Source: Amphiscolops sp. MND2022 (lineage: Eukaryota). Taken from it: 64,000 nucleotides of DNA. The notes below the pieces were generated by a model, which was not told the DNA's origin, searched no databases, and worked only from the letters and a program-made list of their open reading frames with translations. The position numbers were made by a program, and so were the translations under genes. The stretch spans positions 51,090,001 to 51,154,000 of the forward strand of contig OZ076409.1 in NCBI GenBank assembly GCA_964187785.1. Direction: 5' to 3'. This document shows positions 63,191 through 64,000 of the stretch, in pieces (position 1 is the stretch's first letter; every line of letters begins with the position of its first letter).

Positions 63191-64000
63191 TTCATAATAG
63201 TGGACATTGAACTCTGCCTAGTTTTTTTTTAGTTACACTCTTCGATTTTCGAATCATAATAAATTTTTAATACCTAGTGTAAAATGCCTTGAATATTCTG
63301 ATGGTAGTCTAAACGAATAATCGTGTTACTTAATAAAACGATAAGAACTCGCACTCATTAACTTTTGCGCTTAACTTCTCAACACAAATTATTGGGTACC
63401 AAAGTTATAGAAGCTCAAAAAAGTGATCTTATGAACGATAGGCCCCCATCATATCCTTATGACGCACACGCCACCCGAGTTGCACCTGAGAACAGACACC
63501 TATAAAATTAACCTGACAATTGTCTAATTGTGCAAGATGCTACTGGCAAATATTTGTATTTCTCATTGTCCGTCCAAATATTCACGTTCTAACTATACAT
63601 ATTACAGTATTTGTCCAAGAATAACTGAAAATTGAGTATTATCAAGCATTTTTAGTTCCTTCTCAATCTCATCTTACCTGGGGGCACGACAATTCGTACA
63701 CTCGACATCTCGTGCAAAAAACGAAACCAGACATTTCGTACAAAAATGAAACCCGACATTTCGTGCAATTTATATTTTACAACTTATTATTATAACGTAG
63801 TCAGCTATGTTCACATACCCCTGGTGCCCTAAATGCAGGAGCGAAGCGGAGCGACGTGCCATTTGGCCATGCCTCAATGTTGCTACTTGGCGAAGGGAGC
63901 GAAGCGACCGAGCCATACAACATATATGCTAACCTCTTCAATTGAATCAAGTTCCATACATATTGGCTGTAACAGCACTGAAAGCTAGTAATTCTGTTGT

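Overview
AT-rich, repeat-dense eukaryotic (invertebrate animal-like) DNA with two 200-N scaffold gaps, dominated by mobile elements. (1) 14452-29597 is a Maverick/Polinton-type element (AGTAGT...ACTACT termini, perfect 6-bp TSD CTCTAT) that is almost entirely one giant palindrome. It has two ~7.1-7.4 kb inverted arms around a short spacer and carries only accessory ORFs and decayed pPolB N-terminal fragments; I found no integrase, capsid, ATPase or protease. (2) 40189-55476 is a full-length but decayed Ty3/gypsy LTR retrotransposon (TG..CA LTRs of ~2.2/1.9 kb, 5-bp TSD GTCTC, PBS, gag, -1 frameshift, pol). Gag starts inside the LTR. A ~5 kb extra domain after pol holds an antisense 8-exon gene model (~1080 aa, BED-like Zn finger, possibly hAT-transposase-derived) and a divergent sense ORF running into the 3' LTR. 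Also present: a ~3.8 kb tandem duplication with a related LTR, an inverted segmental duplication that preserves the empty insertion site of the gypsy element, Helentron/HINE-like and CMC/EnSpm-like non-autonomous elements, a CRE-like LINE fragment, and two candidate spliced host genes. Family assignments come from motif recognition by eye, not database searches.
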